DNA from: Octopus bimaculoides
Lineage: Eukaryota
NCBI RefSeq assembly: GCF_001194135.2
Contig: NC_069005.1
Location: forward strand, 20,987,139-21,051,138
Direction of reading: 5' to 3'
Length of the DNA: 64,000 bases
Part shown: piece by piece, positions 48,521 to 61,631 of the stretch
How positions within the stretch are numbered: position 1 is the first letter of the stretch
Layout of the letters: the number at the start of each line of letters is the position of its first letter
Notes under the pieces: generated by a model
Told to the model about the DNA's origin: nothing
What the model saw: only the letters and a program-made list of their open reading frames with translations
Databases searched by the model: none
Made by a program: the position numbers and the translations under genes

Positions 48521-50548
48521 GTATATGTATACATATATATACATCTTATCTTCGAAACGTCAGGTTAGAATAGAGGCAGCTGATGAAGGAATATTCCAAG
48601 TGGCTTTCCGTTTTCCTATGTGTTCGTTCCGTTGTCTGTAGTTCATTGTTCTAACGTCCTGTACCCTGATATGTATATATATTATCTATGTATATATATG
48701 TATATCTATTTATGTACATATATGCATATGTATCTATGTATGTATCTATATGCATATATATCTATGTATGTATCTATATGCATATNNNNNNNNNNNNNNN
48801 NNNNNNNNNNNNNNNNNNNNNNNNNNNNNNNNNNNNNNNNNNNNNNNNNNNNNNNNNNNNNNNNNNNNNNNNNNNNNNNNNNNNNNNNNNNNNNNNNNNN
48901 NNNNNNNNNNNNNNNNNNNNNNNNNNNNNNNNNNNNNNNNNNNNNNNNNNNNNNNNNNNNNNNNNNNNNNNNNNNNNNNNNNNNNNNNNNNNNNNNNNNN
49001 NNNNNNNNNNNNNNNNNNNNNNNNNNNNNNNNNNNNNNNNNNNNNNNNNNNNNNNNNNNNNNNNNNNNNNNNNNNNNNNNNNNNNNNNNNNNNNNNNNNN
49101 NNNNNNNNNNNNNNNNNNNNNNNNNNNNNNNNNNNNNNNNNNNNNNNNNNNNNNNNNNNNNNNNNNNNNNNNNNNNNNNNNNNNNNNNNNNNNNNNNNNN
49201 NNNNNNNNNNNNNNNNNNNNNNNNNNNNNNNNNNNNNNNNNNNNNNNNNNNNNNNNNNNNNNNNNNNNNNNNNNNNNNNNNNNNNNNNNNNNNNNNNNNN
49301 NNNNNNNNNNNNNNNNNNNNNNNNNNNNNNNNNNNNNNNNNNNNNNNNNNNNNNNNNNNNNNNNNNNNNNNNNNNNNNNNNNNNNNNNNNNNNNNNNNNN
49401 NNNNNNNNNNNNNNNNNNNNNNNNNNNNNNNNNNNNNNNNNNNNNNNNNNNNNNNNNNNNNNNNNNNNNNNNNNNNNNNNNNNNNNNNNNNNNNNNNNNN
49501 NNNNNNNNNNNNNNNNNNNNNNNNNNNNNNNNNNNNNNNNNNNNNNNNNNNNNNNNNNNNNNNNNNNNNNNNNNNNNNNNNNNNNNNNNNNNNNNNNNNN
49601 NNNNNNNNNNNNNNNNNNNNNNNNNNNNNNNNNNNNNNNNNNNNNNNNNNNNNNNNNNNNNNNNNNNNNNNNNNNNNNNNNNNNNNNNNNNNATCTTTTC
49701 ACGACAAAAAATGACAAAAATGTTGACAATTTATTTTTTCTCATTCCCACCACCCCCTCACCACACCAGTCTGAAATGATTTTGGCCATTTTTGTTTCTT
49801 TTTCACGATACACTTAAAATCCGTGAGAGAAACATTATTGGTTTAAAAAATTAATAATTTCAGCAGGCTATGTGTGATTTAAGGGAGATCTGGCTGTTGT
49901 TTCTAGCACATCCCAAAACGCTCCTTGATTCTTTCTTAGACATCTTTTGATACTTTTCAATATTTTTCTCCCCATAAGCAAAGCTTATGGAATGATGATG
50001 TCAAAGTAACACACCTGTAGTCCCAACCGAGCTAGGCCATGTTATGTGTGTATGTCTGAGAAAAAAAAACACTTAAAAACACCTTAATTGTTCAGATTAA
50101 TCTTTCAAATGTAATGCTTATTTGTTCACATTATTTGGAATTATTCAGGTTCAAGAGGGGTGTCCACAATATTTGCTTGTAACTTTCTAAATTTTTTACA
50201 TACAGATTTGAAATTTTGTCATGGGATGCTTTATATACCACTGGTTTATAGTTATGGAATTTTAGCTGATCTTGTTGAGTAAATTTGACTTTTATGGGCA
50301 AGTAAATTTAATTAACAGGTGTATAAGCAATGACATTATAGATAAACACTAAAATTGAAATTCTTAATGCATCTTACCTGTCTGATTTGTTACTAAAATT
50401 ATCCCAGATGTCAACCGACAAAAATTTTGCCACCTTTCAAGATGATGTACATTAATTTGAATCAATTAAAATACAGGTATAATTGGTATAAGATTTTATT
50501 CTTTCGGTAAATATTTTGTACCTTGGTGTGGAATAATTTTTTCCACAG

Positions 50549-50620
50549 ATTTTATCAGGTGCATTCAATGTATCTGATCTCCAAACTTGTCACATGCTAC
50601 TTTTTACCAGAAAATAAAAG
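50549..50620 (+). other. Candidate exon of an unidentified plus-strand transcript
   Basis: Acceptor ttttttccacag, donor AAG|gtgaga; 72 nt. Confidence 0.35.
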
Positions 50621-50893
50621 GTGAGAGGGGTGGTGGAGACTGTTCTCTCTTGACAGGATAAAGAAATTTCCCACTGTCTTTGCAAACAACAAGGGGGTGG
50701 ATTTGGTTTCAAATCCAGGCAGGGCCAAACAAGGTTCTACAAGTTATTTATAATAAGTGGTGTTATATCGGGGTTGAAAGAATGACGCATACAATATTAA
50801 ATATACTACGACAATCTGAAAACAATAGAAACTTTTAAGGGTTTACTGGTTTTTATGAAATTTTTGGGTTAACAGNNNNNNNNNNNNNNNNNN

Positions 50894-50929
50894 TATATAT
50901 ATGTGTATGTGTGTATATATGTGTGTGTA

Positions 50930-50986
<57 letters not shown>

Positions 50987-51115
50987 ATGTATGTGTGTGT
51001 GTGTGTATGTATGTATGTGTGTGTGTGTGTATATATGTATGTATGTATGTGTGTGTGTGTGTGTATATATGTATGTATGTGTGTGTGTGTATATATATGA
51101 ATGTATATGTATGTA
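50894..51115 (+). repeat. Compound (TG)/(TA)/(TATG) microsatellite
   Basis: Read directly from the sequence. Confidence 0.95.
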
Positions 51116-51330
51116 TACAAGCACCATTGACATTTAGAAAGGAAGCCTAAAGAGAGCATGAACAGCAGAAGAACTAAATTCTGCCCCACTGCCAAAGCAG
51201 TTGCCTTTAGAATGCATGGAGAGAAAGTAACAAAGAATTATACAATTCCATTATTAAATAACAGTCAAATGACAAATAGAAGACATGTCGGATATTGTTG
51301 GTGAAAAGAGTGAATATTTTTTCCTTACAG

Positions 51331-51449
51331 TTCTATGAAAATAGAGATATTTCTAATTGCTGTTTCACTTGCATTCCCACAGTATGGATTTAATAGTACA
51401 ATTAGTGAATATTTTCTGTTTTACCATTCATGGCCAACAAATACAGCTG
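51331..51449 (+). other. Candidate exon of an unidentified plus-strand transcript, possible signal peptide
   Basis: Acceptor ttttttccttacag, donor CTG|gtaagt; ATG at 51335 gives MKIEIFLIAVSLAFPQYGF...; phase-compatible with 50549-50620. Confidence 0.4.
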
Positions 51450-51549
51450 GTAAGTCTGTTTTTAATAATTTGAACAGTTTTATTATTGCAAATGAAACTG
51501 AACTGTCAAAATACATAGGACTGCAGAGTCCACTAATGTCAGGAAAATA

Positions 51550-52469
51550 CAGGGTATCCCACAATTAACTATCTATTTCAATGAAATTGGGCAAATTTTA
51601 AATAAACTGATTGAATTTTATGTTTATTACTTAATTATGATGCCAAAACAAATAGTTATAAATCTTACATGAAAATTCTATTGAAACTTTTAAGCATGTG
51701 CTCCATCTGTATTCCTACATATTTCAGATCTATTCTTAGCATTGCAAAGCACATTTTGAAGCATTTCAGGAGTTGTCTCCTGCACTGCTAACTGAATGCA
51801 TTCTCTCTGTTCAGCTAAACTATTACTCCATTCTGGGGATGAATGTAGAGAAAATGGTTGCATCCAAATTGGGAAAAAAAAAAAAAAAAAAAAGCTGTCA
51901 TGTACAGATAAACAGGATCTAACAGGTATGGAAATAAAATTATAAAAGAAATTATAAACAAAATTAAAAATTTATACATTGGCTGTGTGGTAAGTAGCTT
52001 GCTTACCAACCACATGGTTCCGGGTTCAGTCCCCCTGCGTGGCACCTTGGGCAAGTGTCTACTACTATAGCCTTGGGCCGACCAAAGCCTTGTGAGTGAA
52101 TTTGGTAGACGGAAACTGAAAGAAGCCTGTCGTATATATGTATGTATATATATATATATGTGTGTGTGTGTTTGTGTCTGTGTTTGTCCCCCACCAATGC
52201 TTGACAACTGATGGTGGTGTGTTTACGTCCCTGTAACTTAGCGGTTCAGCAAAAGAGACCGATAGAATAAGTACTAGGCTTACAAAGAATAAGTCCTGGG
52301 GTCGATTTGCTCAACTAAAGGTGGTGCTCCAGGATGGCCACAGTCAAATGACTGAAACAAGTAAAAAAGAAATTAAAAAAAAAGATATGAAACATGATAG
52401 AAATAAATAAAAATGAGTTTTAAAAAAATTGTCTGATTTCACTGAAATAGTTCATTCTGAGACACCCTG
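51550..52469. mobile_element. Non-autonomous Tc1/mariner-type element with an internal SINE insertion
   Basis: TA-cagggtatcccacaatt ... cattctgagacaccctg-TA imperfect TIRs; SINE at about 51980-52370. Confidence 0.6.
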
Positions 52470-52509
52470 TAGAGGGATGTGGGTAAGTATTCAAGGTATA
52501 ATACCAAAT

Positions 52510-52900
52510 GTCAAATGAATTAAAGTGCTGCATACATAGAGAAGCATTGGGAGCGAAAAACATGCCAGGAAAATTGAAAGGTGACATTGGAGGAGGCAGT
52601 AAAAGGTGCTACTTTTATAAAAGCTCATCTGTTAAATTCTTATATTTTTACTGTTTTTTTGTCAGGAGATGGGCAGTTCTCATGAACAACTGCTCTTGTA
52701 TTCTCAAGCTGTCTTATAATAATGTATTTAGCTGCATATTTGAGTTACAGGTTGAAACAAGATTGTTTTTTACATGAAAAGTCATTCCTTGAGAGTGAGT
52801 AGTTCAATAATTTTTCATGGCTAGTGATGGTGGCATATATGTCTGACATTTTTTTATGTATTTGAATGACCTAAATTTGAGTCTACAAATGGGATCTGTA
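52510..52900 (+). mobile_element. hAT Buster/Charlie (ZBED5/SCAND3-like) transposase relic, central part
   Basis: CCIHREALGAKNMP, LEEAVK, CQEMGSSHEQLL, AYMSDIF, LNDLNLSLQ across frameshifts. Confidence 0.8.
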
Positions 52901-53176
52901 ACAATTTGTACCCCTTTAGCATTCAAATTGGCCACATTTGGCCTCTCACACCTACTCTACAAGGTTGTTCATTGACATCTTGAAGCTATGGGATAATGCA
53001 AGATTAATTCAAAACAATGAGAATAAATAAACATTAAATTTGACAGAATAATATGAATGCTAAAGGGTTAAAGTTGAAAATAAAGTGGAAGGGGCTTACA
53101 ATGTTTTGGTACAGCCATTTTTGGCATAACCTGATTGGTGTTGCTGATTTGATGCTGCCTTATTTGACATCAGAGT

Positions 53177-53482
53177 GGAGGCGCAATGGCCCAGTGGTTA
53201 GGGCAGCGGACTCATGGTTGTAGGATTGCAGTTTCGATTCCCAGACCGGGCGTTGTGAGTGTTTATTGAGCGAAAGCACCTAAAGCTCCATGAGGCTCCG
53301 GCAGGGGATGGTGGCGAACCCTGCTGTACTCTTCCACCACAACTTTCTCTCACTCTATCTTCCTGTTTCTGTTGTACCTGTAATTCAATGGGAATGCTCA
53401 GCCACTTACACGTTAATTTCATGAGCAGGCTATTCTGTTGATCAGATGAACTGGAACCCTTGTCGTCGTAAGCGACGGAGTG
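53177..53482 (+). mobile_element. tRNA-derived SINE family C (related copies at about 37727-38050 and 56398-56725)
   Basis: A box tggcccagtggttagg, B box gtttcgattcc; shared 3' part gctcagccacttgca.gttaatttcatgagcaggct...gacggagtgcc. Confidence 0.75.
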
Positions 53483-54194
53483 CCAACAACAATTTGACAT
53501 CAGGACATTTTAATCTTTCTCTTATTCTCTTCATCCCTTTCTCTCCCTTCTGTTCCCCTCTCTCTCTCTATTTCTGTGAGCATCTAGTTATGTTTGTATG
53601 TATATATTTATATATGAATATATGTATGTATGTATAATGTTTCTCTTTCTCCCTCTATCTGTATGTGTACGTTATCCTCCAGTGCCAAAACACTATTGCC
53701 AAAGCAGGTTGAATGTCCAATTAGCTATGCGAACTCACCGACACTCAAACAGCTGTACCCCATTGTCTCATTTCAAAGTGGAAATTATGATTATGAAATT
53801 AGAATTATAGTCTGAATTGTTTACAACATTTTATGAATTTCTTGCAACGTCTGATGATGGCCTCTGTGAAGAAATAAGAAAATCTTTCCATTCAATCAAA
53901 TATAAGAACTGTAAAATAAGTCGATATACCCTGCTTGAGAAACCCTGTCAAGCCAAGTGAGATTCTAGTCATGGCCGATGCCAGTGACACGTAACTGACA
54001 CCCATACCAGTGGTATGTAAAAAGCACCCACTACACTCTTGGAGTGATTGGCATTAGGAAGGGCATCCAGCCGTAGAAACCATGCTAAATCAGACTGGAA
54101 CCTGGTGTAACTCCCCTGCTTACTAGCTTTCAGTCAAACTGTCCAACCCATGCTAGCATGGAAAACAGATGTTAAATGGTGATGATGATGATGA

Positions 54195-54378
54195 TGAAAA
54201 TTTTGTTGAATTTTCATGTGACGCCTCATTTGGGTCATGTTTCATTTGGTATAATTTCACAAATTTTTGGAAATATGTGATAACTGAGTACCTAGAATTG
54301 GTATCCAAAGCTCTGAAATATTTAATGCCATTCCCGACTACATTCTTATTCGAGCAGGCTTTCTCACAGCTGTTTTAA
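54195..54378 (+). mobile_element. hAT transposase C-terminal dimerisation domain relic
   Basis: FWKYVITEYLELVSKALKYLMPFPTTFLFEQAFS matches the FW...EYP.L...ALK.LLPF.TTYLCE.GFS pattern. Confidence 0.8.
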
Positions 54379-56950
54379 CTGACTACTATTGCATGTGAAA
54401 TCCAGAACATAGTAGCAACAAAACAGCATCGCTTGTCTCAGTAAACAAAAGTTTTTAAATGCTGCCATTTATTTAATTGCATATTTTATTACAGAAATCT
54501 TTCAGTTGGGAAGATGAAACTGGCAGAATGAGTTTAAATGTTATTTAATAAAATCAATTTGTTGAGTAGTGAAACCTTTCAAAACTCAGGATTTTTCTCA
54601 GCCATTCATTGAAATACAAGAGGTCTTTGGTAATATAAAAGTGCATGTGTATGTATTTATGTAGGCGATATGTTGTATGTATGTATGTATATATTCAATT
54701 ATGTGTGTGTGTTAGGTATGTATACATGCTTGTGTATACATGTATTTGTGTGTATATATAATGTGTATGTTTTTGTGTGTATGTGTAATTATATATATTT
54801 GTCATAAAAAATATTCACACGTTTTTATTACTGCTCAATTCAGCCTTTAGTCTGTGACCCTGCTGGACCACTATCTTTCAAATGCTTTAATCAATCATAT
54901 TGAACCCTAGTACTTCAAACCTATTTCCAATTATATTGAACCCTTGTTTTAGTGTTGCTTCATCAATTTTTGGTAGCATAATACAAACCACATAACTCGA
55001 CTTGAAGATATTATTTCCGTTATTATCAACTCTTTCCTAGTTACTGGTTAAAAAAAAAAAAACAACAGCAAAACGACTTCTCCCCTTAAAAAAAACCTCC
55101 ACAAAATGGGAAGATAATTATGACTCTCCAACCTCTTTAATTTCTCTAGAGAAAAACCTAATTACAATTTTTTTTTTTTTTGTACAAATAGATATGAAAC
55201 ATTTTTAAAAAAGGTATTTGCATCTACATCTATTTTTAAGTATAAAAAATAAACCTGTTTCATCTGTCGTGTGGAAGTTAATAGCCTAAAAATACATGTT
55301 AATTTTATTAGTAACGGCTCATCTCTGACATTAGTTAGACATTTAATTCTATCGAGAATATGTAAAAGTGTTGTGTCTGTGTGAGAAAGTCTAATTATAG
55401 GCAAGTTTCTGGTAAATCTGTTTATACCTGATACCACTACTAACGTATATACAAGCCAGAAAAACAACAGCCAGATCTCCCTCGAAGCATACCCAACAGT
55501 CTCACTAGATAAAGGTATGTAAGATCATCTGATTCCTTTTTGTCTTTTGTTTCCCTACCCTGAGGAAAAAGGATGGGCTGGTCATGGGTAGAGTGGCTTT
55601 GATCATAGATCTGCTCAATCATGGTTGACCTGGGGCTAAACAACAACAAATAACACATGCCTAATTTTTGTCTTGAATTTCTGCAGGTCTAAAGTAGCAG
55701 TTTTTATACTTTGGTACAATATATCCGTCCTGAGTTTGGATGGGTAGATAGCTGGACAGACAAGTATTTGGGCAGACGTGAATTTGAAAGCTACACAGAT
55801 ATATAGATGGATGGCAGGATAGATATGTGGAGGGGTAGAAAAGTAGATAGGTTCATGATGGGTAGCTGGGTGGTCAGATTGTTGGATATATCTTAAAATA
55901 AGTATAGGCATGGCTTTGTGGTTAAGAAACTTGCTTTCCAACTACATGGTTTAGGGTTCAATCCCACTGCATGGCACCTTGGGCATGTATCTTCTATTAT
56001 AGCCCCAGGCCAACCAAAGCCTTGTGAATAGATTTTATTGATGGAAACACCGGAAGCTTGTTGTGTATATATGTGTGTGTGTGTGTCCTTGTGTTGTGTC
56101 TGACCCTTGCCCACCACCACTTGACTGTCTGGCTCCTGCCCACCATCACTTCCTCTTAGTTGTGGGAATTTTTCATTTTCCTAAATCTCTGTTGCCAAAA
56201 GTAACATGGCAACCCCAAAGAAGCACTTGATGCTCTCTGTAAAGTGGTTGGCATTAGGAAAGGCATTCAGCCATGGAAACCATGCCAAAGATGACACTGG
56301 AACTCAACACAGCACTGCAGCTTGCCAGTTCCCTGTCAGACCATCCTACCCATACCAACAAGGAAAGCGGATATTAAATGGTGATAATGATATATAGTGA
56401 AGGCGCATGGCTCAGTGGTTAGGGTATTCAGCTCACGATTGTAAGATCATGAGTTCAATTCTTGGCGATGCATTGTGTCCTCGAGTAAATCATTTTATTT
56501 CACGTTGTTCCAGTTCACTCACCTGGCAAAAATTAGTAGTATTTGTATTTCAAAAAGGGCCAGCCTTGTCACACTCTGTGTTACACTGAATCTCCCTGAG
56601 ACCTATGTTAAGTCTGCCTGTGTCTGTGGAGTGCTCAGCCACTTGCATGTTAATTTCATGAGTAGGCTGTTCCATTGAATGGATAAACTGGAACCCTTGT
56701 CATCATAAGTGACGGAGTGCCAGTTAGTTTATATGTGTGTGTGTTTTGACCTCATGTGATGGTTGTAAATGAACATCACTGTTATACAAGTGGTGTTGTT
56801 CATTTCCACTCCTCTATGGGAAACGTATCTGGCTATGGGTTATATTACCTTGCTTTTTAAAGGTTTGTCAACAGAAAGGACATCTTATCACTCACAATCC
56901 CACTCTTCTGTGTGTGTGTTTATGGGTGTCTAACATATATTTTGTTGTGT

Positions 56951-57228
56951 CCAGGGAGACTCATTATGCCAGTATTAATAACACACACAGAGGTTCAGTT
57001 CCACTCCTTTATTTATTAGTCAGATATCTAACTAAATAATCAATTACTTAAATAGCAACGAAGGAGCTCTGATGGAAAAAGAACAAACAAAAACAAAACA
57101 AATGACTGATTGTTTTAAACCGAGTTGAACAGATAATCGATTGGATATTTCACCAATTGACTAACAATAAGGGAGTGGAATTGGACCAGTGTTTGCGTTA
57201 ATAATACTAACATAATGAATCTCCTTAG
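56951..57228. mobile_element. MITE-like element with about 70-bp imperfect TIRs
   Basis: 56951-57022 is an imperfect reverse complement of 57158-57228. Confidence 0.6.
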
Positions 57229-57304
57229 ATACACCAAAATTTGTTTCAACACACAAATTCACATAAAGAATCTTGCAAACCAAATACAAAAATTGAAGTG
57301 TATG

Positions 57305-57352
<48 letters not shown>

Positions 57353-57844
57353 CGTATATCTGTATATGTGTGTTTGAATATATCACAACATTGACCAGCC
57401 TGTCAGATGTTGTTATACACCACATGTCACAATACACTTCCTTATATTGATGTACCGTTTGAATGATACCTCCCCCTCTGGCTAGGTGGGCAAGACAGCA
57501 TTCACTCTGACTGGAATGCCAGTCTGTTGCAAGGTTACACATTTACATCTGAGTGAACTGGGGCAAAATGAAATGGAATGTTTTGCTCAAGAGTATATCT
57601 AAGTATTGAAACCACATTTTTGTGATCGTGAGTGCAACACCCTAACCACAAGGTCATGTGCCCTCACATATTTGTGTGTGTATGTGCATATGTGTATATA
57701 TGCATCTATCTGTATGTATGTTTGTATGTATATTTTTGTCTGCTTGTTGTCATCTGATTGTTTCTATATCAATGTTTGTCTTATATTCTGTTTGTGTGTG
57801 TGTGTATATATATATATATGTGTGTGTATTTGTATATATACTCT

Positions 57845-58047
57845 TTTACTCTTTTACTTGTTTCAGTCATTTATTTGACTGCAGCCATGCTGGAGCACCA
57901 CCTTTAGTCGAACAAATCGACCCCAGGACTTATTCTTTGTAAGCCTAGTACTTATTCTATCAGTCACTTTTGCCGAACCGCTAAGTTACGTGGACGTAAA
58001 CACACCAGCATTAGTTGTCAAGCGATGTTGGGGGACAAACTCACACA

Positions 58048-58093
<46 letters not shown>

Positions 58094-58260
58094 TACGACG
58101 GGCTTCTTTCAGTTTCCATCTACCAAATCTACTCACAAGGCTTTGGTCGGCCCGAGGCTATAGTAGAAGACACTTGCCCAAGGTGCCATGCACTGGGACT
58201 GAACCTGAAACCATGTGGTTGGTAAGCAGGCTACCTACCACACAGCCACTCCTGCGCCTA
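57845..58260 (-). mobile_element. SINE family A, full copy (other - copies near 650, 20170, 22740, 25780, 33655, 39065, 39660)
   Basis: Reverse complement of family A; retains many CpGs. Confidence 0.85.
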
Positions 58261-58489
58261 TGAATATATTCCTTTGTGTAAGTGTATATTTACAGATATA
58301 TAATTATGTATGTGTATGTACTTGGCCCTGAAGGTTTGAAGATCTGGGAAAGATAGGGGTAACTATAATGTACAAAAAACCTCCACCTGTAGGCAAATGT
58401 TCGTACAAGTCTTTCATTTCATATGCTGGAAGCTGTCTCCTAGTTATTCACTTGCTTCTATCAAATTCATACTTTAGAAGGCCACAATC

Positions 58490-59640
58490 TGCATAGGCAT
58501 GAAGAAAGGTAGGTCTGGTAAGACAGTCGAAATGCTAGAAAGGAGGCATATAAATCTGGAGGGGAGTCTCAGCCAGAATTCTCACAAGCAAAGAACAAAG
58601 GTACAAATTCTTCTGGGTAGGCAGTAGTGATGTGTGGGTGGAAGTGTACATAGTTTTGACCGAGAAATTGGTAGCTGAAGTGATTGAGGTAGCCAGAACA
58701 TCTAAGTATTGAAACCACATTTTTGTGATCGTGAGTGCAACACCCTAACCACATGGTCATGTGCCCTCACATATTTGTGTGTGTATGTGCATATGTGTAT
58801 ATATGCATCATCATGGAAAATTTAACAGTAGCATGATCCTCAATCAGGACTTGAAGATAAACAAAAGGACCAATTTTATGAAGCCTTTTTGCAGATTATG
58901 AATGACAATGACCTTATCTTGTGGGTGACATTAATAGATATGTTGGGCTGCACTGGTATGCATTTGATGGTATACACAAAGACTACAGATTTGGTTCTAG
59001 AAAAGAGGAGGGAACAAAGTTGTTGGAGTTATGTGATTCAAATGACCAAATGATCTGTGATACTGACCTTAGGAAACCAGCCAGTCACTTGATCACTCGT
59101 CAATCTGATGGGCATACAAACCAGATTGACTATATCCTCACCTGAAAACAGGAGAGACAGATGACTGTAAATGCAAAGTCCTACCCTGGTGAAGAATGTA
59201 TAACCAAACATAGGTTAGTGGTTGCTGACTTCAGACATAGAGCTAGAAGGATTCGGAGGCATAAACCAGTATGGAATAGGAAGATATGGAAGAAGCTTCA
59301 ACCAGAGAATTATGTCAGGGAAGCCAGGTGACAGTTTTATTTAGCAATGGGAGAATTATTATTTTTTATATTATGGCTGGGTTCCAACCTATGCCGCAGC
59401 AACAAAATGCAGAAAGTAAGAGCTCTGCCAATATTCTACAGCTTGAGAACTCCAAGCATCAGGTGTTCCAGATTGCAAGACAGTTTATTAAAGAAACTCA
59501 AGGCATGGGAGAAAAGTGTGCACAGATGGATAATAATGGCACACTTGCTTTTGGTGATTCTGAAGAAGTGCTAAAGCAAGTGTAATGTCATTCATATAAG
59601 TTAGCCAATGCTGAAAGATAATCATTAGAGTACATGGAAA
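58490..59640 (+). mobile_element. RTE LINE AP-endonuclease region, degenerate, with a 110-nt insertion
   Basis: GMKKGRSG, YKFFWVGS, GDINRYVG, EGTKLLELCDSN, HTNQIDYILT, KSYPGEECITKHRLVVADF. Confidence 0.85.
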
Positions 59641-60979
59641 CAATGGATCTGTATTGAAAAGGAGAAAAAACAGAATGGAAATTATTTTTAGGTGCAGGCG
59701 TGGATTTGTAGTAAGAAGCTTACATCCCAACTACAGAGTTATGGGTTCAGTCCCACTGTGTGGCATCTTGGGCAAATGTCTTCTGTAGCCTTGGGCCAAC
59801 CAAAGCCTTATGAGAGGATTTGGTAGATGGAAACTGAAAGAATCCTGTTGTGTATGTGTGTGTGTGTGTCTTTGTGTCTATGTTTGTTTATGTCCCCATA
59901 ACTTAGCAGTTTGGCAAAAGAGACCAATAGAATAAGTAGTAAGCTTTAAAAAATGTCCTGGGGTTGATTTGTTCAATTAAAACTCTTCAAGGTGGTGCTC
60001 CAGCATGGCCACAGTCAAATAACTAAAACAAGTAAAAGAATAAAAGAATATATATGTTTTGAGTTAGTGAAAAGTTTGGGAAAAAGTAAAACCTCAATGT
60101 TAGACCTGACCCACAAAACATTCATTACTTTGTCTTTTTCTTTCTTTTTTACTTTTTTCTCTTTTAAGCAATAAAAAAAAAACTATTAAAAATCTGAACC
60201 AAGCTGAAATATTTTCTATTCTTGAACTTTAACATAAAATGAGTTACATTAAAGCTGTTGTTGTAAACCAGCATTGTTTCTGACAATCTTGTTTTTTTCT
60301 CAGGTACATGCATTCAGGATTAGTTCGGTAAAGTGCTCATCATCATCATCATCATCATTTAACATCCATTGTCCATGCTGGCAATTTGATCAGGGCTGGT
60401 GAGCTGAGGGGCTGCACCAGACTCCAGTCTGATTTGGCATGGTTTCTAACACTAAGCACTCCGAGAGTGTAATGGGTGCTCTTACATGCCACTGGCATGG
60501 TTACGAGTTGTGTGACACCAGTATCTGCCACAACTACAATTTCACTTGGCTTGACGGGTCTTCTTCTTAAACACAGCATACTGCCAGAGGTCTTGGTCAT
60601 TTGTCATTGGCTTTTGAAAAAGATAGGATGAGGCTAGGAAGATTTGGTTGCTATTTCTAGCAGGTCAAAATTTCTTCAGTCTGGCCATCCTGCCAGCAAG
60701 CAGGACCAGAATGATTAACCCTTTAGTATTTAAACTGACCATACCCAGCCCAAACAATCAGATCTGATCTTTCACACCTATCCTACAATGTTATTCTAAA
60801 AATAAAAACAATCACATCATTGAAATCTCAAAGCTATGAGATAATGCATGATTAATTCATAACAGAATGAATGAATAGACCTTACATTTGAAAGAGTAAT
60901 CTGAATGATTTTAAGGAGTGAAGTTTTCACTGTCAAATCTTGTTTTTTAAGTTTTTTGATAAACACTTCTGGAGCAACT

Positions 60980-61450
60980 TTCTGATTTTCAACTTCTTTG
61001 CTGCTCTATGTAATGACTGATGTTGATTATCTCTTGATTGGCCCTGATTCAACAACCATGCCTCTCCCTCTGAACAAAACTCATGATGTTCCACATCGTT
61101 GTCATCTCCACCTTGCTTTACACTGGTGTGACATGGACCCTTTATCAAAAAAGACCCGATGAAGCTTGTGCATTTCCAACAAACCAAGCTCTGGCAGATC
61201 CTCAACATCAGGTGGTAGGACTGACACACTGAAAATGAAGTCCTCATTCAGTCAGAAACGCCAAGCATTAAAGCTGCCATCTTCATGAGTTGTTTCAGGT
61301 GGTCAGGACATGTCATCTGAATGGCCCCTTCAAGACTCCTGCGGACCATCCTCTACAGTGAGCATGTCAATGGCAAATGGCACTGAGAAGCCCCAAAATG
61401 CAGATTAAATGACCAATTTAAGTCTTCCCTGCTTCAAGCTATATCAGCCC
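60980..61450 (+). mobile_element. RTE-type LINE RT C-terminal fragment (second subfamily)
   Basis: VVISTLLY..TWTLYQ, QILNIRW, NEVLIQSETPSIKA, FRWSGHV. Confidence 0.68.
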
Positions 61451-61631
61451 TAATACCTGGGAAACAGAAGCTGTTGACTGTCCATCCTGGTGAAGAGCAA
61501 TTTGTTTTGGTTGTCCCAAGGAGAGGAGAAAGACTAAAGTAAAAAGAAGGCAACACAAAGCTTGACAACTCTAGCCAACACTCTACCCACTCCTCCTGAA
61601 TTGTGCTTATAGTAGAAAGGATTATTAATGT

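Noticed and set aside
48553-48597. cgaaacgtcagg followed by ctgatgaa-ggaa-ta-ttcc, hammerhead-like pieces
   Set aside because: The elements are in the wrong order, there is no GAAA after the stem and no stem I; at most a Penelope-like tail remnant.
53177-53250. tRNA-like sequence with A and B boxes (also 56398, 2725, 37727)
   Set aside because: No complete cloverleaf or acceptor stem; each continues into a SINE body.
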